Shown piece after piece: positions 1 through 11,150 of a stretch of 64,000 nucleotides of DNA; position 1 is the stretch's first letter; each line of letters starts with the position of its first letter. The position numbers and the translations under genes are program-made. Below the pieces are notes generated by a model. It did no database searches, had not been told where the DNA came from, and saw nothing but the letters and a program-made list of their open reading frames with translations. Source of the DNA: Trichosphaerium sp. ATCC 40318 (Eukaryota > Protista > Tubulinea); contig JALMLS010000122.1 of NCBI GenBank assembly GCA_038496445.1, positions 62,001 through 126,000 of the forward strand, written 5' to 3'.

Positions 1-209
1 ACTCCTTGAGTGGTATGACACCTTCATCAGTTACTGAAGTGCCACAGAGGTGGATATTATGAACGCCATGTAATAAGAGAAAGACAGGTTTGACAAGCGT
101 TAAACCGCGATTTGGTTGTTTGACGTAAGATGTGCGTTATTATCTCTGTAGGTAGCCGCAGTAGACGTGTACTGGTGGCGATTTTACAACGTTTTGAGGA
201 AGAAAGCAT
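1..209 (-). pseudogene. F-box/LRR family relic (frameshifted, internal deletion; runs off window start)
   Basis: MLSSSKRCKIATSTRLLRLPTEIITHILRQTTKSRFNACQTC is nearly identical to the N-terminus of 63032-63799. It is joined, out of frame, directly to an LRR unit (HGVHNIHLCGTSVTDEGVIPLK). Confidence 0.85.
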
Positions 210-409
210 ACTGCTATTTGTCTTAAACCGGCTGTGATGGACTAGCAACGTATATAGCTTAAACACTGTGAATTAAGATCAAGGATTTACGTCACGTGAT
301 ATAGCGTAATACAAAGAAAAGTAGTTTAAGAACATAGAAACTGTTTTGCTAATTAATTCAACAAAAGTTTTATTTGAAGAACTTCACTAGCAACCTTTCT
401 TTCTACGCT

Positions 410-2270
410 CTATTTTTTTGCAATACCTCCCTTTTTCATTGGCATGTATCTAAATAATCGTAAGTACAAAATAATGGCAAGAAATTTTAAGGCCAAAGCA
501 AACAAGTTTTTTTCTTTCAAAAAAGTAAGTACTTTTTGGCTTCGTGGAGTTGTCTTTCCAACCTAAAACAATGTAACGTAAGAACCAGTCACTAACGGAA
601 AAAAAGGCAAATAACGTACCACCACACATTTCCTTTGCCAGGACCAGCATGTTTCTTCGCTTCTTCCAAAGCAGCCTTGAAAAACGATTAGAATTTACCT
701 TCGATTATCTGCATCTTACCTCAGCTTCGGCATATTTTCTTTGACATTCGTCAAGAGACGAGTCAGCGGCCTCACGTGCTACAGCGGCGGCCTCAGCAGC
801 AGCTTCAGCCTCAGCACGGGCAGAAGCAGCATCTGCTGCATCTTTCACAGCGGCAGCATGGTCTTTGTCAGCTTCTTCACGTTGACATTTTGCAGCAGCG
901 TGAGACTCGTCTGCTTCCTTTTGTGCCTTTTCTACGGAATGTTATTTAGAAAAAAAAAAGACAAACTCTTTGCGGGTACCTGCTTTACGGGTTGCTGCTT
1001 CAGTGGTGATTTTAGCAGTGCGAAGAGGAAGTGGATCCTCTGAAATAAAAAGTAAGAATTGTTGAAGAAAAGCAAATTTTTTGGGTTTTATGTTCACGTG
1101 CTAACCTGCAAGATGTTGAGCGAGTTCAGCCTTTGCTTTGTTTCGTGTAACTACACCTCCTTCTTCACTCTGAAATTATTAATATTGGTACAGAGGGATA
1201 AAACGACGTGGTACCTTTTTCTTCAAAAGCTCAGTTTTGTCACTGTATGCCTTTTCTAGTGCGTGGAGATCAGCAAGGGCTGCTCTGAGTTCATCAGCAG
1301 CAGCTTTAGCTTCTGCGGCCTTTGACGACGCAACGTCTTCCTTTGCCTACCACGTTGTCAATAAAAAGGATGTCACTCTCTTTTTTCGAAGTACCTTTGC
1401 TTCAATGGCTGACTTTTCAGCAGCTTCTTTCGATATCTTAGCAGCTTCATCTCTTGCTTTTGCTTCTCTAGCAGTTGAAGAAGCTTCATTATCAGCCTTG
1501 CGAGCTGAATCAGCGGCAGAAATGGCCTCTTTAAGAGCGGCTTGAACGCTTTCCAACAACTCTGCGCATTTCTTGACTTCTTCCGCATCACCCTTATAAA
1601 TGATTAATTCATAACGCCTCTTTACGCTAAAGCGAAGATATCTAAATAATCTCACCTGAGGTTTGGACAAGAAGTCGTTAATACGCTTTCCAAATTTCCA
1701 TAAGCAATACTCTAATAGAGCGATACGCTTATTGAAATCAAGATCAGTTTCCTTAAGTTGAACTCTAAAGACACGTGATTAAATAAAAAAAAAACAACCG
1801 TAAAGAAAAAGTAAAAAACATACCTCATTTCTTTCACTGTTTTTGTTTCAGCAATAGCCTCCAAGAAGCGATGAGCTCCAAACTATTTTGAGAAATCAAA
1901 AAAAACAAGCTATAAACAACTGTAGATGCTAGTACTTCATCAAGATCGCATCCTTCTTCTGCTTTATCCAAATCCAACTCAACGAACTAATAGTTACTAT
2001 TAGAGATCAAATCGCTCCCAAAACACAATACGTACCTTTGCGCACCAGTTCCATACATCCTCAGCTCTATCTATTACCAAAAAGTTAGTGCTGAGTTTTA
2101 GTTGTTAAAACTATGTTTAAACGCTTACCACCAGCTTCGTCCCAGTAGGCGTTTAAGAATCTAGCGAAAAGCTGTTAGCAGTTACAAGGATTTATAGAAC
2201 AGTGTATTTACGCCTTAGCTTGCTCGGAATACTTCTTTGATGCGAAATCTGACCACTTGTAATGTTCCAT
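410..2270 (-). CDS. ABP34-family calcium-regulated actin-bundling protein with long Ala-rich coiled coil (multi-exon)
   Basis: Spliced product has YSEQAKAFLNAYW, EGCDLDE, EF-hand-like DLDFNKRIALLEY and C-terminal GNVWWLERQLHEAKKYMPMKKGG. These match Dictyostelium 34-kDa bundler motifs (FLNAYW, EGNDLD, AIWWMNRDLEE). Confidence 0.85.
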
Positions 2271-2805
2271 TTGTGAGGAGTAGTGTTTTATGGACAAGGG
2301 TCAATGTGAATGTGATTGATCAAGTTGACGTAAAGTGATCATGTATAATTGAACAAAGCGTTGTTTTTTGGCGCTTGCTTGGTAACACAAGGTCACGTGC
2401 ATACATTAATTGCAAATTCTCTATTGTTTCACGCAGATTTGTCACCACAACAACGTTGAGTACTTGTTTTCGATATACATGAAGTCCATTTGCTCAACAC
2501 AGCGTTTTGAAGAAGTCAATAGTTGTCAAGTTTCTTTTGCCTGTATTTTCCGTATCTGGTTGCTTATTTTTGTTTTGCTATCCGCAAAAGGCTTATCCAG
2601 TTACATTATCGCTCGACAACATATGAAAAATTCAGATTGCGGATAGTTTACTCAAAAAAACTGACTACAACACCAATTTAGCAAAAATCTTCTCACCCAA
2701 CATCAAAAGCCAAAAAACTCGCCGGAAAACTGATATTTTAATTTACGTAAATCTGCTAGTACAAACCTCGACAAAGTACGCTTACTATACGGCAATACAC
2801 GCGAA

Positions 2806-5800
2806 ATGAGCTCGTACGGGTACGTAATTTCCGTTTTGTAACCAAAAAAAACCGTTTGAAGCATTCCATAGTTGTTTAACCATAAACAAGCGGTTGGCGC
2901 GATGACAGACCTTATAACGGTAGAAGAGAAAACCAAAGCAACGGAAGAGGTCGTGGGCATCGTGGTAGCTCCAACAGGCGCTATAACAACGAAAACTATA
3001 ATAGATACAATAACAGGCACTCAAACGAAAGAAGCAACTACAATCAAGGTAGTACAGAATTTTTTTTATTTTATATTGTTAATTAGCATTTAATACGGTA
3101 TACTACGCCAGTCTAACCAATGAGGTTGTGTTTTTGATGAGTTGTACAAAAGTAGGAAAATACAAACTAAACAGTCCTTAGGCAATTCATCCTACGATCA
3201 AGACCGATACTCAAACCGTGGTGGGAGCAATAATTACTATCGAAATGACCGTTCAAACTATGACAGAGATACAAGGAGTGATCACAGACGAGATTACAGA
3301 TCAAATCAGAGTGAGCATAATAATCAACGTTATCAAGATAGAGGTGGACGTTATGGAGGTTATAATAGTCGAGATAGAGGTAATAAACGACGTGGTAGAG
3401 GTAACGGAGATACAGAAGGGTACAGGTATTAATATCAAGCATGAGGCTTACCAACGAATGCATTGACATGCTTTTTTTTCTTTCATATCAAAATCCAGAA
3501 AATGGAATACTCACAAGGTTAGTTATGGTAATCGTGATCAACGTGATCCTTGGTCAAACTCATCAAACTTACGTAATGGTTTGAGAAAAGATGGTCAATC
3601 CCAGAGGCCATTACCTAGGAACGTGAGTCTACAGGATTGTTTTTGAAACTACTTTTAAAGGTGATTTTAGGTGACACATGTTGTTCCTTCAAATCCACGC
3701 AGAAGAGATAAGGTTGAGTCAGCTGGTGAGCGTGGTGAAGTTCTAAAATTAAGGTTACATGATGGTCTTATAAGAAGTAAAAAGGAGCCAAAGAGAGTGC
3801 TAACCTTTGATCTACGTGATGTAGCTAAAGGAAGCGAAAACCTTAGGTTATGTTATTTTTGTATTCTGAACGAATCGCAACTAACGCTTCGCTATAGGAA
3901 AGGAGACTTGGTTACTTTTGATGTGGTCCGTTCTTATTCAGAATTACGTGCTATCAATGTCTCTCTTGAGGCAACCATGTCTTTCTTGGGTAGTAGCAAA
4001 AAGACAGAGAAGGTGGAACCGAAGAAAGAGCCAGAACCTAGTTTACCAGATTTTGACATGATGCCGAGTTATTTGCGTCCAAAGACAAAGAAAACTCAAG
4101 CGACTTTGCCAGTACGGGTGTAACATTAGTATTATAGCCTATCTAAGCTTGCTTCTTTCCCAATTAAGGTTGTTGCTTCAAAAAAATCTGAAAAGAAGAG
4201 CTCTCCGCGCTCACACGTGCCTCTTACAGGCTCGAACGCAAGACGGTACTTAAATATTCTCTGCAACTTAACTTCGGATTTTCTTCGTTGCTGCGTAATT
4301 ATTTGTAACGTTTCTCATTTATTGTACTAGATATATGGGTGTTGTAAAGAATATGAGAGGAGCAGTTGGGTTTATCGCACCAGAAGATATTTCTGCTCAT
4401 CCTAAAATGACAAACTCATTGCTTTTCCCTATGCGCCAAGTACTTGGCAATGTTTCTCTTCAAAAAGGAGATAAAGTATCATTTAATGTTGTACCAGATC
4501 CCAAAGACCCTGAAAAGATTATTGCATCCCAAGTGAAGCAACTCAGTAACAACGCAGCTGATTATGAAGGAAATTTGGTAAGAGAAGGTCATACTAATAT
4601 TCTTTGAGAGCTCACGAAACTACACAATAATATTGATTGTCAACTCCCTCTTACATGTTTGCCTATAGGCCCAAGGGCTTGACTTCACTGATAAACGAGT
4701 TATAAAAAGATTTTTGGGTAAATTCATTAATGGTGATGTCACAGATCTTTTAGTTCATCGTGAGCAACTACAAGACTTAGTAAACATGAAAGGTAAAGAA
4801 GCTACATTTCACTGAATGTCGTAAAAAACCATTTCCTTACACTCTTGTAGAACTACCATTCTCAGTAACGCCGCTCTTATTAAGTGTAATAGCTCACAAT
4901 GAGCTTGTTTCAAATCCAAGAGCTGACGCTCTATACAGAAACGTCTTAACTTCAAACTTTGTTAAGAACCCACATAATCTTAATAGTTTTATACTCAAAC
5001 TTGTAAATACACACTCACCAACACCAGACCAAGTACGATACAATCCCTTACGTATTTATTATTTCGCTGCTTGCCTTGTCAAGTTATGTAGACAATGGCT
5101 TTTACTTTATTGATCTTGTCATAACACAAGTTTTTTTAGATTCAGAGTTTTAATCACATTTTGACACTCATTGAAAATTTATGCGAAAGGTTCCCTTCAA
5201 ACCTTCATAATTTACCTCTTGAACAATTAGCTATTGTTCCTGATACTTTGGATAAGTTTGGAGCAAATATAAAGAGTAAAGTAGAGGGCATACTGCAGTT
5301 CCGTGATAGGCTTAACAAAGCAACATATAAGGCCCAAAAAGAAAGTTCACAAGTACAAACAACTCTTGATGAAGGTGACTTTAGAACGATGGATATTTTC
5401 CCAACACTCGAAGAAATACTTTCTGACACATCAAGAAATCTCTCAGAGAGGGCACGTGATATTTTTCTTTCGTAGAAGACTTATCTAACCAATCGTTAGG
5501 TGAAAAGAAATGTTACTCGAGGAAAATGGAAGAATGTTATGGAGTATCTTGATACACATTTTCGCCTTCTTCGGGAAGATTGCATTGCTTCTATACGCCA
5601 AGGTATACGTGCATACAAACAACAAAAGATAGACGAGTACGTGGGTTTGAGGAGCTGATTTTAAATTGAAAAACAAGCACGACTAGTTACATTAACTCTA
5701 CATTAGATTTGAAATTCAAGTCTACACTGATGTTACCATGGTTGGTCTTATGTGCTCACATAATGGTATTGTATATCGAATACACTTCAATACAGATTCT

Positions 5801-8800
5801 TCTATTGATTGGAAGCGAACAAACAGGCTAATGTATGGTATGTACTTGCTTGCGAACAAGACGAACTTTTTTTGTAAACAATGTATTTAGGTTCATTGCT
5901 TTGCATTAGCCCTGATGGATTTGATACCTTATTGTGGGCTACTGTAGTTAACAACGATACACAGCTTCTTGAGAACAAACACCAAGTCGACATAAGATTC
6001 TCAGGTACAACAACCGATAAATACACTTTTTGTTAACTTTTCTTTTGTATAGATGGGCTTGAAACTGCTTTTGATCCTAATGTGACATACACTGTCGTAG
6101 AGTCTGTATCAACATACTTTGAAGCATACAAGCATGTTTTACAGGCTCTACAGAATATTGACATTCGTACTTTTCCATTCCAAGATCATATAATTGACTG
6201 CAAAGAAACAGTCAGGCATGTTCTAATCTCATATTATTTTTTTCTTATTTTTTTCTTCAGTACACCAAAATACTTGAGGGAGGGTAAGGCGAATTACGAA
6301 TTCACAACAGTTTTTGAAAATGGAGGTACAATGTCCTTGAATGTATTGCGCCCTTGGCCAAATACCATTAGAACGACAATGGATGATAGTCAGGTACCTT
6401 TATTTGCACCTTGATAAATTCTCACCAATAATCATTAGTTAACCTCTCTACGGTGTGCACTTACAAAAGAGCTATCGGTTATACAAGGACCGCCTGGGAC
6501 TGGTAAAACATTTGTAGGCCTAAAGGTCATGCGTAGTTTATTGGAGAACGACAGTCATCGGCCACATGCGCCGATGTTAATTATTTGTTATACTAATCAT
6601 GCCCTTGATCAATTTCTTGAAGGTATCGTATTTCTGTCGCTTACATCTTGATTTTAAGTGATTCAATAGGTATATTGGAGTTTGAAGAAAGTGTTGTAAG
6701 AATAGGTGGTAGATCAAAGAGCGAAAAGCTTGCCGAAAAGAATTTAAAGGTTTGCCAAAAAAACTCATTAATATTTTTACAGAAGTAAAACTGAGTTAGT
6801 TTCTCATGACAAAAAGTAATTGTGGTAAAGAACATTACCGTCAAAGAAAGAAAATATATGAGAGAATGGGATCTCTAGAAGAAGAGATAACAGAATTATT
6901 TGAGAACCTATCAGACATGTACATACCTCACGAGGAGTTTGATAAGGTAAGCATACCTTATTCATTCAAAAAAATTCAACTCACATGTTCATTTCAAGGT
7001 TGCTCAGAGCCATCAAGTAGTAAGTTTATTTTCACGTGGAGGTCAACCTGAAGTTGTAATTGATAAATGGCTTGGCATGCTTCCAGATGAGATACAAGTA
7101 TGTCTGCTTTGTTTAAAAAACCGTCCTTTGTTTCAAAACATCGAGTTTTACTCAGTAGTTATATCTTATCATCATTAACATACCTTGAAGCTACCTTCAG
7201 ATGATTCAAATTCCTCACAGCAATTTAATAAGGAATCAAACTCGAATCAACCTACAAAACAGGCAGCAAAACCATCATCAGCAGAATTCGATGAAGAAGA
7301 CTTACAAAGAATGAGAAACGATAGAATGATCGATATTGATGATAAAAAAGCTTCTACAATGCTTGAACTTGATTCTAAATCTTTTAAAGCTCTTGCAGAA
7401 GATGTACCAGACAGTTTAAAACATACTGAGGACGTTTGGAACATATCTCGCAAAGATCGCGCCAAGTTGTATTTTTATTGGCTTCATGAATATCGTGAAC
7501 TACTACAACGTAAATTAGCTTTGCTAAGTAAAAAATACGATCAAACAACAAAACAGAGACAGCTACTAGTTGAACAACAGCAGGTACAAACCATCAAAAG
7601 TACTATTAATTTTATCCGAAAAAACTGAGAATTCTGTTTTGGTGTCACGTTTTACTAGTTTGTTTAAGTAATTGTTTCTTCTAGATCGCTGTATTACAAG
7701 AAGCCAAGGTTATTGGTATGACCACAACTGGTGTAGCAAAATTCCAGAGGCTTGTACAAGGTAAACGCTAAACCATTTCCAACAGTATGTTAATGACCTC
7801 ACTGTTTTTAGCTCTGGGAACTTGTGTTATTATAGTAGAAGAAGCAGCTGAAGTTCTAGAAGCTCACATAGTTACAGCTCTTTCTCCTGCATGCCAACAC
7901 TTAATACTAGTACGTGTTTACACCTCATCTCCTAAACCTTTTGTTGTTGTGGTGTTTTTACTTATGTTGAACTAGATTGGAGATCACGAACAGTTAAGAC
8001 CTGGTACAAACGTGTATGATCTCTCTAGACGTTATGACCTAGATGTATCATTGTTTGAGAGGTTGGTGAACAATAACGTTGAACATACTACTCTTGGAAG
8101 ACAACGTCGTATGAGGCCTGAAGTATCGCAACTTTTAAAGCCTATTTATCCTCATCTGACAAATCATCCTTATGTTGAATCATACCCAAGTGTAAGTTTC
8201 CAAACTTATTCCTACAACATGATATTATTCTTTGCAACCAACAGTTTTTCTTTAAGTTGTGAGGCTTGATCCACAGATATTTTTCACAATTCAATTCAAC
8301 TAATTTCAATTTTGACCTCTTTCTAGATCAAGGGCGTTTCAGAAAATGTTTACTTTATTACTCACAACCAACACGAGTCTGGAGATCCAAAAGGAACTTC
8401 AAAGGTGATCTATTATCAGTAATACAAAACCATATACTAATTGTTTTACAACTTAGTGCAATACTCACGAAGCAAAATTTTTGGCTAGACTTACTCGCTA
8501 TTTAATATACCAAGGCTATAAGCCAGAGCAGGTAACTCAAAATAAAATACCCACAAGCTTATATGATGTCTAGATAACAGTACTTACAGCTTATGCTGGT
8601 CAAACAAGGCTACTCCGAACAGAACTCAAGTACGATTCTCTCAGTTTGCCAAAAAACACTTTCCAATACTTGACATTGTATCTGACCTCCTCAACTTATA
8701 AAATAGATCCATTGCATCTTTATTACTCTAAATAATGGATCTTTTTCTATCTATTTTTATTGTCGATAACACTAGTATTAGAGCAATGGAAATACCTGAT

Positions 8801-9866
8801 GTTTATGTAACTTCTGTTGATAACTACCAAGGTGAAGAGAATGATATTATTCTTTTGTCTCTTGTTAGGTCAAACAAGAAGGGTATCATTGGGTTCTTGA
8901 GTGCTAGTAACCGTCTATGCGTTGCTTTATCACGTGCTAGGGAAGGTATGTATGTTATTGGAGATGGAGAAATGCTTCAACAGTTCAATAAGCTATGGGG
9001 AACAATTGTATCAATATTAAAAAAAGTACGAAAAAAGAAAGAACGTTTCACGTGTTTCAACGCTATCTTGGCTTATCAGTTTTTAATTTAGGATAATAAA
9101 TATGGGAGATGTCTTACACTCAAATGTCAAAAACATCCAGAGACCATGACAAAAGTATCTTGTGCCTCAGACTTTGAAGTATGATTTTTTTTCTTCTTTT
9201 TTCTTTGTTTTGACTTTCTTCTTTTAGAATGTAAAGGATGGTGGTTGTTCTCTAAAATGTGCAGCAACCCTCGATTGTGGTCATGTTTGTTCATTATTTT
9301 GTCATCCAGTACCTCACTCTGAAGTATTATGTCATAAACCTTGCCAACGCTCTTGTGAAGTTTGTAAAGCTCCTTGCCCAAGACGTTGTCATGAATGCAC
9401 TGAAGGTGTACGTATAACTCTACATCATACTTCTTATTTCGGCTTCATGCATTTTGCTGTGATTTGTAACATATTAATGGGTCTATAGTGCGGAGAGTGT
9501 GAAGCTTTGGTAGAAAAGACTTTGCCTTGTGGTCACGTTAATAGTGTTTTGTGTTCAGAAGAAGATTTGGAGGCAGTGAAGTGTAGCATAAACTTAAAAA
9601 TAACCTTTAAGGATTGCGGTCACACAACCACAATGAGATGTGGTACAAAATCACCTAAAAAGTGTAACGAGCAAGTATTAGTGAGAGATGTATGTATTTC
9701 TAAATTGATTCAAATAACACTTTTACAGCAAGCGTTGTATTTTCGTCTTTTACTCACATTTTCATAGGGCATTGTTATGGAATATACACCTTGTTGGTTA
9801 GCACAGAAGAATGCAAGGAAAAAAGCTAACGCATTGAAAGCAATAGCAGTTCATAATGATGAATAA
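2806..9866 (+). CDS. ZNFX1: ZNFX1-like UPF1/SF1 RNA helicase with R/G/N/Y-rich N-terminus, two cold-shock domains and a short NF-X1-type zinc-finger tail (many exons)
   Basis: Motifs YLDTHFRLLRED, FEAYKHVL, IQGPPGTGKT, CYTNHALDQFL, IVEEAAEVLEAH, IGDHEQLRP, SLFERL, VDNYQGEEND, NRLCVALSRA, and Cys/His fingers (LDCGH, LPCGH, DCGH). CSD-like exons at ~3730-3960 and ~4332-4535. Confidence 0.9.
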
Positions 9867-9922
9867 AAAATTTGTTAACCATTTTTCTTGTAAATTTTTT
9901 TAGCGCTCATCAACAACTTGCT

Positions 9923-10052
9923 TGCAGCTGCACATCTCCGTCTCAGCATCATGAGACATCTTGAGAGCATATCAGTTGCAACACCATGTTAGAATCCACT
10001 TAAACATTCCGCCTTGCAGCAAAAGCAGAATTAAAGCCCTGGGTTGAAAACT
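9923..10052 (+). ncRNA. Candidate box H/ACA snoRNA
   Basis: Hairpin 9923-9980 with an internal loop, then ACACCA (ANANNA, 9981-9986) 14 nt after the upper stem. A second, weaker hairpin (9993-10045) is followed by AAA, an ACA variant. Intergenic. Confidence 0.35.
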
Positions 10053-10129
10053 CGCTAAAAATATACTTAAACCTCTTTTCATTAATAGTTGTAACACTTC
10101 AAGAACAGTTAAGTAACAATACCTTACAA

Positions 10130-10868
10130 ATGATATCTACAACGAAACACATTCAAGTATTATTGATTGTTCTCGCTTTAACGGCAATCATCTCTATTAA
10201 AGGAGCAAGACCAGATCCTCCACCAGGGACAACACAACAATGTGGTGGTGTGGATAAATTAGAATTTAATGCAATAATTAACACATCAAAAGAAAAGCCA
10301 GAAAAATCGATTGTAACACTACAGCACAATATGAAAGACAGTGGTTTTCTTTCTTATATTATATACTTTAATGGGAACAAGATAGCTAATGGAACATTTA
10401 ATGTTGACGAAAAAGATAGTTGCAAGTATGTAGAAACAAGCAAACTAAACATTGACATTAGTGAGAAAATAAAGCAAAATTGGGCTGACAACGGAGATAA
10501 GTACATATCCCTCCATATAAATTCTCATTCTTTGGCAGATCCAGGCCAGTATTGCTCCGGTGTCTATGTCAGTTGTGTCGCTTTTAATGCGGCATTTATA
10601 CCAGTAGTAGCTCCTGCAACAACAACGTCACCTACAACTACAGCTCCTACAACAACTACATCACCTCCAACCACAGCATCGCCTACTACACAAACAGGCA
10701 CCAACAACGCAGGCACCTACAACAGCTCCTCCTACAATTCAGTATAAAACTCCTGTTTGGGTAATACCTATTGTTGTTGTCCTGGGAGTATTACTTGTCA
10801 TCCTTGTTGCAGCACTTGGCGTAGCTCTTTTCAAGTTATTCGGGAGATCAAAGTACACAATTGTTTAA
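10130..10868 (+). CDS. Intronless signal-peptide surface protein with Thr/Pro stalk; TM anchor lies in the +1 frame (frameshift at ~10694)
   Basis: Signal peptide, Cys-containing ectodomain and PTT repeats; the ORF stops at 10747. The +1 frame from 10695 reads QAPTTQAPTTAPPTIQYKTPVWVIPIVVVLGVLLVILVAALGVALFKLFGRSKYTIV*. Confidence 0.75.
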
Positions 10869-11150
10869 TAAACGTGTTTCTTAAAAAAGTGTTTTCAATT
10901 TCGAAATAGCTCAAAGTTGTTCATATTCTATAAATTCTATAATGGTTTACAATACAGTCGCCCGTAAGTACGTTGGTTACATGTACAATGTGGCAATTCT
11001 CCACCTTGACGTGTAAATGTGATTCAATCCGTTGAAGTATGCCTTAACTTATCAATAGAAAACAACTTAAACTCAAGCTTAATCGTTAGAGAACGCTTCT
11101 TGAGAGTTCTATAGTGTATTTCTATACGCAATAACTAACGATAAATACTA

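Noticed and set aside
222-238. cttaaacc(t)ggctgtgat shared with ~59082-59099
   Set aside because: Too short, and no flanking similarity, to support a shared element.
741-1545. Plus-strand ORFs here, and similarly 40576-40905 and 51932-53443
   Set aside because: Antisense shadows of low-complexity minus-strand genes.
2205-2215. Apparent GC donor in the ABP34-like gene
   Set aside because: The adjacent GT donor gives the conserved AKAFLNAYW frame.
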